DNA of 64,000 nt from Eledone cirrhosa (taxonomy: Eukaryota): assembly GCA_964016885.1 (NCBI GenBank), contig OZ024748.1, positions 46,934,001 through 46,998,000 of the forward strand. Reading direction: 5' to 3'. The position numbers and the translations under genes were made by a program. This document shows, in pieces, positions 1 through 10,053 of the stretch; position 1 is the first letter of the stretch; each line of letters begins with the position of its first letter. The notes under the pieces are model-generated. The model made no database searches. It saw nothing but the letters and a program-made list of their open reading frames with translations, and was not told where the DNA came from.

Positions 1-1520
1 CAAGAAACAATTGGACCTCATTACACAATTTTCAACCGACATCAAAATGAAATTTGGTGAGTCCAAGTGTACATATTTGGCAGTAAAACGTGGAAGAGCT
101 GTGCCCTCCTCTAGAAATCTAGAGATGAACGGCCTGACATTACAACCGCTTCAGTCAGGTGACAACTACAGATATCTTGGACAGGATGAGAATGTCAGAT
201 ATGATGGACCCATAAATAAGGAGAGAACCAGAACTGAATACCTCAGAAGAGTAAAGAAAATATGGTCATCAGAGCTGTCAGCATACAACAAATACATTGC
301 CCACAATACTTATGCTGTGCCAATTCTAACGCCAACATTTGGCCTACTGAACTGGTCATTGCAAGAACTAAGTGAGATGGATGTTAGAACTCGAAAACTT
401 CTCAGTGTTACTGGGAACTTTAACATCAATGGTGATGTGGATAGGCTATACTTCTCACGCAAGGAAGGTGGCCGGGGTCTAAAATCAATATTAACAACAT
501 ATGAGACCCGGATAGTAACACTGAAGCAACACCTTCAACAGAGGAAAAAGGTTGGCAACCATCTTGCCCAGGTTTATGAGCATGAAAAAAGAAATATCAT
601 TAGAATAGCGACTGATCTGGAGGAGAGATATGGAATAAAGCCTGATATAAATCTCTCACCCAGAGAAATCGGAAGATCCTATTCAATGTTCAAACAAGAT
701 TAAAAAATTGACCAATTTACAGAAAAAGTTGTGCATGGATACTTGAGGCGTAAAATACAGACCATAGAGGGGATAAACCACTCAAAAAGCCTGGCATGGA
801 GTTCCGACAAGTTTATGACATCACACCTTGAGGGATATCTCTATGCAATACAGGAACAAGAACTCCCTACCAAATGTAAAACAAAGATCGAGGATGTAAG
901 CCACATTGTTGCCAGCTGCGAAAGAATGTCATCTCGCTACTACCTCCCCATGAGACACGATGGGATAGCTAGAACCATCTGGAACGCACTTCGGAAAACA
1001 AAATTAACAACAAACGAAGAAGAATATATTGAGACAGATGGCACTAAGGAATACTGGTGGAACCTGAAAATAAAAACTGCCACCAAATTAAAGCACAACC
1101 GGCCTGATATTGTAGTTTGGGACCACAGATTGAAAATGTGTTCTGTTGTGGAGATCAGCTGCCCACTTGATGTAAACGTTGTCAGAAAAATACAGGAGAA
1201 GGAGGACATCTACGGACCATTGATGAGGAGTTTACAAATCCAGTATCCAAGATACACCTTTAGCTTCATACCCATCATTATTGGTGCTACGGGTTATATA
1301 CCAACCCGCTTGGACCAAAGTATGACTGAACTTGGATTTGCGGACAAAAAGCGCAGCTCCCTAATTCATAGTCTACAAATGGCTGCGATAGCTGGCACCT
1401 TCAAAATTTGCAAAACATTCTTGCGATTCAAGGGATGACAATTTCTTTTCGTTTGCAACCTTGCCACCAGGAAAATGGCCGGTCAAAAAAATATACTCGA
1501 AATTAAGAGAAAGAGAAAAC
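1..1520 (+). mobile_element. RLE-type non-LTR retrotransposon (R4/Dong-like), 3' part: RT C-terminus, zinc-knuckle remnant, restriction-like endonuclease, 3' UTR; disrupted
   Basis: ORFs 11-703 and 731-1438 share a frame, split by TAA at 701-703. Motifs: KFGESKC, YRYLG, DVDRLYFSRKEGGRGL, HG-YL, QEQEL, EDVSHIVASC, RHD, HNRPDIVVWD, EISCP, PIIIGATG. CxxC of the knuckle appears deleted. Ends in (TACA)n/(TA)n. Confidence 0.88.
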
Positions 1521-1607
<87 letters not shown>

Positions 1608-1696
1608 TATGTATATATACATACATATATATATATATACACATACATATATATATATACACATACATATATATATATACACATACATATATATAT
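1521..1696. repeat. (TA)n/(TACA)n microsatellite
   Basis: Direct reading; source of the YIYI ORFs. Confidence 0.95.
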
Positions 1697-1874
1697 TAGG
1701 TTATGCAAGAAATGCTTAGGATTATCCTGAATGTAGTAATGGTTAATTACTACACTGGATAGAGTTGACGTACGGTGAGAGGTTACTCAACGAGTTATGG
1801 AAGAATAGGAATAGTTGGAGAAACTCAGTTTCTGATCCTTCTGTATTCCGAAGTGTAGATAAAGAATGAATAAT

Positions 1875-2058
1875 TGTTTCTACTTTAGGCACAAGGCCAG
1901 CAATTACCCAGTGCATTACTGGTACTTTATTTTATCGACCCCGTAAGGATGAAAGGCAAAGTCAACCACGGCGGGATTTGAACTCAAATCATAAAGGGAC
2001 GTAACTATGCTGGAAAGCATGGCGTCCGACCCTCGACCGATACTGCCAATCCACCACC
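1875..2058 (-). mobile_element. tRNA-derived SINE with Nin/Deu-like central domain, full length with TSD
   Basis: Minus strand: A box TGGCAGTATCGG, B box GAGTTCAAATCC, core GCCTTTCATCCTTACGGGGTCGATAAAATAAAGTACCAG, tail GTAGAAACAATTA. 16-bp TSD ATAAAGAATGAATAAT at 1859-1874 and 2060-2075. Confidence 0.9.
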
Positions 2059-2122
2059 AATAAAGAATGAATAATAACAGTTAGACATCATAAAAAGGTA
2101 ATTTATTCCGTGTGCTTTACAA

Positions 2123-4363
2123 ATGTTTCCACGGTGGTTATATAGCCTAGGTATGCGTGTACGGTGTGTACGATGGAATGCTTTCCTTTTCGATAAGGGA
2201 CACGCCAGTCACTCGTCTGAATCATATGGTTTTAAATCATGTAAAAACCTACCCACAAATCCTCATCAGGATGCTTTCAAATTAGACTTAATGAATATGA
2301 CCATGAATATTACATTTCCCAAACATAGAAGTAATGTGCTGAAGAGCAACATGGAAGCACTACTCCGAACACTGCAAAATACCAATGGGATTGTTGTGAA
2401 ATCTGATAAGACCTCTAACGTGTATACCATGGATATCGATAAATACAAGAGCTTCATACGCAACCAACTACATAAGAAATAGAGAAAAACAAGGGAAACT
2501 ACACTAACGTACATTAACAACGAAGCATACAAAGTAGTGAAGAATCTCAAGATAGACGATAGAACAGAGCCGATTATACCCGCAACCCCCACCTTTAACC
2601 CGAAGGACAATAAGGTAAACTTTGACTCTAACCCTAAGATTAGACTTATATGCCCTTCGAAATCAAACATAGGAAAGATTAGCAAACATATACTTGACAG
2701 GGTAATAACTCAATTGAAAAAGAAAATAGAAATTAAACTATGGGGCAACACTTGCGAAGCAATTCGCTGGTTTAATAACGTTAAGAACAAGAATTAGTCT
2801 AAGTTTATACAATTTGACAGACGAATACTACTTTTCTCACCCAGCACTTTAAGTAAGGCCCTATTGTTTGCCAAAGTCAATTCCGACCTAACGGAGGACG
2901 AAATTAATATTATTCTAGAGGCTAGAAAAACTATTATCAAGTGTGATAACTGCTACTGGAAACGTAAGGGCAGACCCACAAACTTCGACATCACCATGGG
3001 CTCCAACGACTCGGCCGGAGGTCACCGATCTCGTGGGAATTTACATAGCCCACATACTACATGGAACATTTAGTAATCTAGAGGGGAGGGGGGAATATAT
3101 AGAGATGACGCGCTTTTATTAGTTAATAACTTAAATAACCAAAATCTTGAAAGGCTACGGAAAAACATTATAAAATCTTTTAGTGAACTGGGTCTAAAAA
3201 TAACGTACGAATACAATCTTAAAGTGGTAAATATTCTAGACGCAACTGTTAATTTAAATACCGGATTGATACGACCATTCCACAAGATAAATGAGAACCT
3301 TACCTATATCAATTTTAACTCAAACCACCCACTTTCCATGATCAAATCGGTTCCCCGTATTATTTATCTCAGAATCTCTCGCCTATCGTCTAACTCTGAG
3401 ATTTTCAGTGAACATGCTGAATACTATAATAACTAATTAAGGAATGCCGACCACCGGGATAAAATAGAATACATTGATAAGAATCTCAATAACACACATA
3501 GCCCTACACGAAATCAAAGAATACGTAACAGGGGTACAGAAATACAAGCGCACACACGCAGTACCACCAGACATACTAATAATAGAAAAGCATCACCAAA
3601 TAAATCACGTTGTAGAAAGTATATATGGTATAATCCCATTTTTAATGCTTCGATTAATGCAAAACTATCTATTTCATTATTTAAGTCAATTAACAAGCAT
3701 TTCCCTAATTCCCATAAATACAGTAAAATTCTAAACTCTAAGACTATTAAGCTATCATACTCCACTGCACCAAACCTTGAAGAATACATTAAAAAAACTT
3801 AACTTAAAGCAATTAAACAACACTACAAAACAAAATATTTTAATAACAGATGAGCATAACCTAGTATCGGCCTCCTAACCACTAAATGGGCGACGGGTAT
3901 TACACAACCCACCTGAACCTGCTACCCACAATAAAATCTATAACTGCCACCTACCTGAAAGATGTCCATTGAAGAATTAATGCCTAAAATCCAACATTGT
4001 TTATCAATGCATTGTCGAATCGAACGACCAGAAATGGTATTACATCGGGTCTACCACCACCTCCTTTAAATCTCGCTGGTATCGTCATCGATTCTCAATT
4101 AAACATCCTAATCACCGTTTTATGACCACGCTCGCCAATAAGACCTGGCAACTCCGTGACGCAACCAACAGGCCACCTTGAAATGGCATATACTTTCCAG
4201 CGCTAGTGCATATCGGAGTAGATTGAAGTACTGCAGGTTATGTAACCTTGAACTCTTTTACATCTTAAAATCCAAAAATAAATTACTAAATGACAGAATC
4301 GAACGATCATTATACTGAAACCATAAACTGAAGGCTAAATTCTCTCACTATAAAATAACTTAA
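2123..4363 (+). pseudogene. Decayed Penelope-like element ORF (RT + GIY-YIG), resembling the Hydra-type PLE clade
   Basis: Fragments across stops and frameshifts: YGFKS, KSDKTSNVY, NPKIRLICPSKSNIGKISK, FDITMGSNDSA, GIYRDDAL (~3090-3115), ILDATVNL, YINFNSNHP, IWYNP, IKLSYS, (Y)NCHLPERCPL (CxCx5C-like, 3939-3971), IVYQC..WYYIGST..FKSRWYRH, CRLCNLE..LLN. Confidence 0.88.
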
Positions 4364-4924
4364 CATTCGAACACGAGACTATAACATTGCTTTCTCGCTA
4401 ACTATTTTCTCTCAATAACAACTAGTTAACTATATTCCCCACCCCCACACTACAAGACAATACCCTGCTTATCATTATAAATGGATACTTAAGTGCGGTT
4501 TGTAGCCTACAACGATGAACTCGATGAACACCCATCCCATACCTTTCGTCTGTCCCCTCTCTATCTCTATTTCCTCCTCTCTCCCTTCCCCTCTCTTTCT
4601 CTCTATTTCTCTCTCTCCCTCGGTCCACCTCCCTCCCTCTCCACATCTATGACCCTGCCCTATGTGGCAATAAATAATTCCAACCTTAACTATCAACACA
4701 TAGCCTAAGGTTGTCGCTTTGAGAGTAATCAGTATAAAAGCCCTACCACAACATCTTGATTAAGATATCTGTATTCTTCAAACCACTCTCTCCCATTCCT
4801 CCAACCCCTGCATCTCTCTCTCTCCCCTTCTTTCTCTCTTCCTTTTATACTGTATCTTCCCCAATAACTTCCTTTAAGGGTATTTACATTTTAACCATTC
4901 AGGTTATGTAATTTTGTGTATTCT

Positions 4925-5034
<110 letters not shown>

Positions 5035-5234
5035 AAAAAGTATATAGGAGATCGATTGTGGAGAAGATGTCGTTAATCATAGAAAAGAACTGTTGTCCAT
5101 TTGGTATCCTACTAGTTAATTTATCAGTCTTATTAATGACTCCACCAGTTTCGCCGCCTTTTGTACTTTATACTGTACTTCATTGTTTCCCTTGTAATCC
5201 GCTTACTTCATGTTGTACTTTATTTCTTAACTCA

Positions 5235-5412
5235 TAATTGTTTCTACTTTAGGCACAAGGGCAGCAATTATCCAGTGCATTACTGGTACTTTATTTTATC
5301 GACCCCGTAAGGATGAAAGGCAAAGTCAACCTCGGCGGGATTTGAACTCAGATCGTAAAGGGACGTAACTATGCTGCAAAGCATGACGTCTGACCCTCTA
5401 CCGATACTGCCA
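5235..5412 (-). mobile_element. Nin/Deu-type SINE copy (a more diverged SINE follows at ~5565-5720)
   Basis: Near-identical to 1875-2058. Confidence 0.88.
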
Positions 5413-7019
5413 CTCATAATGTACGTACGACAGAGTAGTTTATAAAGTAACTTGTAATTTAACTTCACAGTATAATCCCTTAGTGGTATATAGGATTTCT
5501 CGGACCTTTTAAGCCTAGCAGAGCTCATCACTCCCAAAATCTGAACACATATAGAGTCAGAATATAACTCAGTACTAGGCTGATCCTTTTTTTATATCGA
5601 TTTCGTATTAATGAAAGGCTACGTTGACCTCGACGGGATTTATACCCATAAAACAGAGCGCTCAGAGAAATAGCACAAAGCTTTGTATCCGACGTTTTAA
5701 CGACTCTGCCACGTCACCACACTATCCTACTTTATATTAAACAATATGTCCTACTTTATATTGTACTACATCGTCTACTCTGTAATTACAGGATTGATAG
5801 ACTCATCTTTAGCGACATGGTGCTATAAGAAATGTAACATGGTCGCAGGTGTGCGTGCAGATTTCTGTGTCTTTTCGCTGGGACCGAACCCCGGTCTTAC
5901 TTGTCCTCTTATTTGTTCATATATAAACTACTTCATATTGCTATCCTTATTGTCATTTATATCGTACATTATACTGCACCATATTTTGTATCTGTTCTAA
6001 TTTCATTTCTACAGATATAATAATGTGTATTGTACAATATGATCTAATGTGTATTGTTCTTTATATTATATTATAGTTTATATAATTCGTTACATTTTAC
6101 TTCATTCTACAATACAAATTGTTTCTTTTGAATTATATTTACTATATAATTGTATTGTATATTATAAATTGTATTCTATAGCGTAGACTACATTATATAT
6201 CATACTACTTTATATATCAGACCTCCTTATGTATTAGACTACTTTATGTATTTGAATACTTCATATGTTAAACTACCTTATGTATTAGACTACATTATAT
6301 ATCATACAACTTTATATCTTATACTACCATATATCTTATACTACCTTATATATTATACTACTTTATAAATTATGATACTTTATGTGTAGTTTATGTTCCA
6401 TCTTCTATTCAACTTTATATTGTAAATTATATTCGACTATATTCTACTTTATATATTGACAATGAAGGAAATCGTAAATATATTTCAAAAGAAACCGGAA
6501 CAACATCCACAACAACATCACAGTAGCAACAACAACAACAGCGATAACAACAACAAAATCAAAACATGCCTGTTCATCGTAATTTTTTTTTTTCCATATA
6601 ATATAAATTGACTTTGAGATAAATTTCGAAGACAGAAAAACAAACTAACACAAACAAAACATTAGAAGACAAAACAAATACAAAACAATATAAACACAAT
6701 ATAAAACAAGACAACATTATTTTTTTGGCGTCGTTTGAACATCGATTATAAGATTCTTTGAATCCTTCACTAAAATGCCCGAAAGCTGTCGTCTCGATTT
6801 CGTAAATGTCACTTCCTTTTTCCTTTTCACTTTCTTTTTATTATTATCATTATTCTTATTATTACTACTATTATTATTATTATCATCATTTTCTATCCAA
6901 TTCTCTTTCAGCTACAATAACTAAACATTTTTCAAACTAGTCTTAGAAATACTGAGATTGCCATCGTCTGAATTGCAATTCCATTAAATATGCAAACGTT
7001 AAGAGGAGAATTGTTTAGA

Positions 7020-7502
7020 AATATACACATATATGTTTGCGTGTGTGTCAATGTGTGCGTATACGTAATGATACATAGATATATACATACATACATACAT
7101 GCACACATACTCACACATATATATATATACATGTATACACGCACATATATACATACATGCATACACGCACATATATACATACATGCATACACACACACAC
7201 ATATATACATACATGCATATATACATACACACACACATATATACATACTTACACACATATATATATATATATACACATACACACACATATATATATATAT
7301 ACATACACATATATATATATATACATACACATATATACATATATACATACACACACACATATATACATACACACACACATATATACATACTTACACACAT
7401 ATATATATATATATATACATACACACACATATATATATATATACATACACATATATATATATATACATACACATATATACATATACATACACATATACAC
7501 AT

Positions 7503-7551
<49 letters not shown>

Positions 7552-7612
7552 TACACACATATATACATACATACACACACACATATATATATACATACAC
7601 ATACATATATGT
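7020..7612. repeat. Degenerate (TA)/(CA) microsatellite field
   Basis: Direct reading. Confidence 0.95.
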
Positions 7613-8245
7613 GAGTGTGTTGAATTATCTTCAGGAAATTGCACCAGATAACAATTGGAAGCCAATTTTAACAAGAAATATTCTTTTAACTGTCATGGCG
7701 AAATAAAATAAAATGGAGACGTTATGTTATATTACATTCTTCTATTGTTGTTGTTATTATTAATTTTTTTTTTTTTTTTTAACAAATCTATGTAGATTTT
7801 AACAGGAAACAAGAAAGCAACATAAAATTAGCTTTACTACTTTATGATTCTCTGTTTCAAACAAGCAATTCTATCAAAGATAAAACAGATATGGTTTCCC
7901 AAGAAGTACTTTATATAATATCTGGAATTGCAGTTGCTCTTGGTGATAGTGATGTTCTTTTCTCATCTTATCCTTCCTTGTTCTATGCTGAAATGTATTT
8001 TACAAACTTAATCATAGACGTTTTGATTCCTGATCTGTTTCTGGATTAATTGTGTTTGAGAAAAAGATGGATTTACTGTATTATAGTATTTTAAGGTAGG
8101 AATATTGTCTTGTTAAGTTTAGAATTATTGTATATTATGTGGATCAGAGAGAATCGATGTTCAATGATAGGATTATTGTCCAGACCGTGCGTACAATTAT
8201 ATTTGTCGCTTAAACCCACACCTCCATTATCACCCCTGCTTCCCT

Positions 8246-8430
8246 GGGATTGGCAGTATCGGTAGAGAGTCGGACGCCATGCTTTCCAGCATAGTTACGT
8301 TCCTTTACGGTCTCAGTTCAAATCCCGCCGAGGTTTACTTTGCCTTTCATCCTTACGGAGTCGATAAAATAAAGTACCAGTAATGCACTGGGTAATTTGC
8401 TGGCCTTGTGCCTAAAGTAGAAACAATTAT
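8246..8430 (+). mobile_element. Nin/Deu-type SINE with TSD
   Basis: A and B boxes and core present. Flanked by ATTATC(A/T)CCCCTGCTTCC at 8226-8243 and 8426-8443. Confidence 0.9.
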
Positions 8431-8604
8431 CTCCCCTGCTTCCAGATCTAATGTATTAATTAGATGTTAGATAGTCATCTCAATGAGTGGAATTACTCAG
8501 AGAAACTATATTCTATATTAACTTTAAGTGAGAAAAAATTGTTTATGGGAGTACAAACCAAGTAGACAAAATCAATACTTTAGTATATATATGTATATAT
8601 ATAT

Positions 8605-8794
8605 GTTTATCCCGGGTTCAATCGTGGGTAACCACAGTAAGTAAGGTACTCAATACAAAACAGTATAAATATTTAATATAGAAAAGCCCTCTACAGGACT
8701 AGAACTGTTTCATTCGGGAGAAATCATCAGGAAGCCCTGATGATTTCCCGATAGTTTCTCCCGAATGAGACAATTCTATTCCTATAGAGGCCTT

Positions 8795-8800
<6 letters not shown>
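8605..8800 (-). mobile_element. Fold-back element family A (hammerhead-bearing, in (TA)n)
   Basis: Inverted arms around AAGC at 8732-8735, unique tail on the left. Minus strand CTGATGA-TTTC TCCC GAAT-GAAACAG..CTGTA. Homologous to 32887-33084 and 50776-50958. Confidence 0.8.
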
Positions 8801-8839
<39 letters not shown>

Positions 8840-8846
<7 letters not shown>

Positions 8847-9199
8847 AAAAAGAGATGAAATCGAAAATGCAACTGGAGTCTTATTTTTTTTTTAAATATA
8901 TATATTTATTTGGTTCCTTTACCGGTTTCGCAGTTCTTCTGCTTTTCAAAAGTAGAGTTGAGATGGAGGGTCTGTGGTTTTTCTCACATCTGATGTGAGA
9001 AAAACCACAGACCCTCCATCTCAACTCTACTTTTGAAAAGCAGAAGAACTGCGAAACCGGTAAAGGAACCAAATAAATATATATATTTTTAAAAAAAATA
9101 AGACTCCAGTTGCATTTTCGATTTCATCTCTTTTTCTTTATACTTTCACTCGTGTAGGACACCTCGGTTATTTTTCATTTTGTTTAAAAAAAACCTCAC

Positions 9200-9205
<6 letters not shown>
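8840..9205 (+). mobile_element. Fold-back element family B: 151-bp arms, 1-nt loop, tail on the right
   Basis: Arms 8840-8990 and 8992-9142 differ only in a T/A run. Flanked by (TA)n on both sides. Confidence 0.85.
9030..9065 (+). ncRNA. Minimal hammerhead-like motif, U3-A8 variant core (mirror copy on minus strand in left arm)
   Basis: CTT-TTGAAAA-GCAG AAGAA CTGC-GAA-ACCGGT-A-AAG. Palindromic stem III, GUA triplet, stem I only 3 bp. Confidence 0.55.
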
Positions 9206-9230
<25 letters not shown>

Positions 9231-9236
9231 ATAATA

Positions 9237-9280
<44 letters not shown>

Positions 9281-9285
<5 letters not shown>

Positions 9286-9398
9286 TTGCTTTTCATCCTT
9301 CCGGGGTCGATAGAATAAAGTACCAGTATTGCATTGGGTAATTGCTGGCCTTGTGCCAAAAGTAGAAACAAGTATTATTATTATTATTATTATTATTC
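9281..9398 (+). mobile_element. 5'-truncated SINE inside (ATT)n
   Basis: Core and 3' end of the SINE, with (TTA)n on both sides. Confidence 0.85.
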
Positions 9399-9559
9399 AA
9401 GTAAAAAAACGTTGGTTGTTCAATTAATCTGCCGACTTTAGTCGTAAAGAGACGTAAAGTACTCTACATCTTGTGGTCATAAAAGTATTATTTACAATTG
9501 ACCAAACACTTTGACAATATTATATAGAAAAAAGGCGGTGTAAAATGTACAGCCCCTAT

Positions 9560-9885
9560 TTATTGTATAATCTTGTTAGACGTATTTCGTTAATGTGATT
9601 ACATAATATCCGTTTGACGTGTTCTCATCAGACAGGTGATAAGTTGTAATAGTGTTTTGTTTTTTATATGCTACGGTAGTTAGGTTAGGATCGTGGTGGT
9701 AGTAGTCCAGGACAGAAGGTACGCATCCCTACTCTAGTGGACTACTACCACCACGCTCCTAACTACAGTAGCATATAAAATATTAACCATCACAACGTTG
9801 CACCTGTCCGATGAGAACACGTCAAAGTGTTATTATGTAATCACTTTGAGGTCTTCGAAATACGTATAACAGGAATATAAAATAC
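9560..9885 (+). mobile_element. Diverged fold-back element family D with hammerhead at 9803-9873
   Basis: Arms ~9560-9709 and ~9738-9884. Right arm CCTGT-CCGATGA-long stem II (TCAAAGTG/CACTTTGA)-GAA-ATACGTAT-A-ACAGG. Left arm keeps CTGATGA on the minus strand. Confidence 0.7.
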
Positions 9886-10013
9886 CCTTCGTTGTCCCTT
9901 TATGCCTTTATTTTGATTTTGATTTTCTAATATATGTTTTGAATTTTTTATATCATATTTATTTAGTTATTTCTGCCTCTGAACTACTTCCCAATGGTTT
10001 TTACATATTAATA

Positions 10014-10051
<38 letters not shown>

Positions 10052-10053
<2 letters not shown>

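Noticed and set aside
1720-1782. Hairpin TATCC..GTAGTAAT/ATTACTAC..GGATA upstream of the PLE relic as a ribozyme
   Set aside because: Has CTGAATG but no GAAA or stem III; cannot be folded as a hammerhead.
1875-2058. tRNA genes at A/B-box sequences
   Set aside because: The boxes belong to SINE heads fused to a constant core and tail with TSDs; no cloverleaf.
8840-9205. Fold-back elements as Tc1/mariner MITEs or pre-miRNAs
   Set aside because: One-sided tails, variable arm length, single-arm and long copies, and embedded outward-facing hammerheads do not fit TIR elements. Hairpins are too long and repeat-derived for miRNA calls. Not fully excluded for 34205 and 39731.
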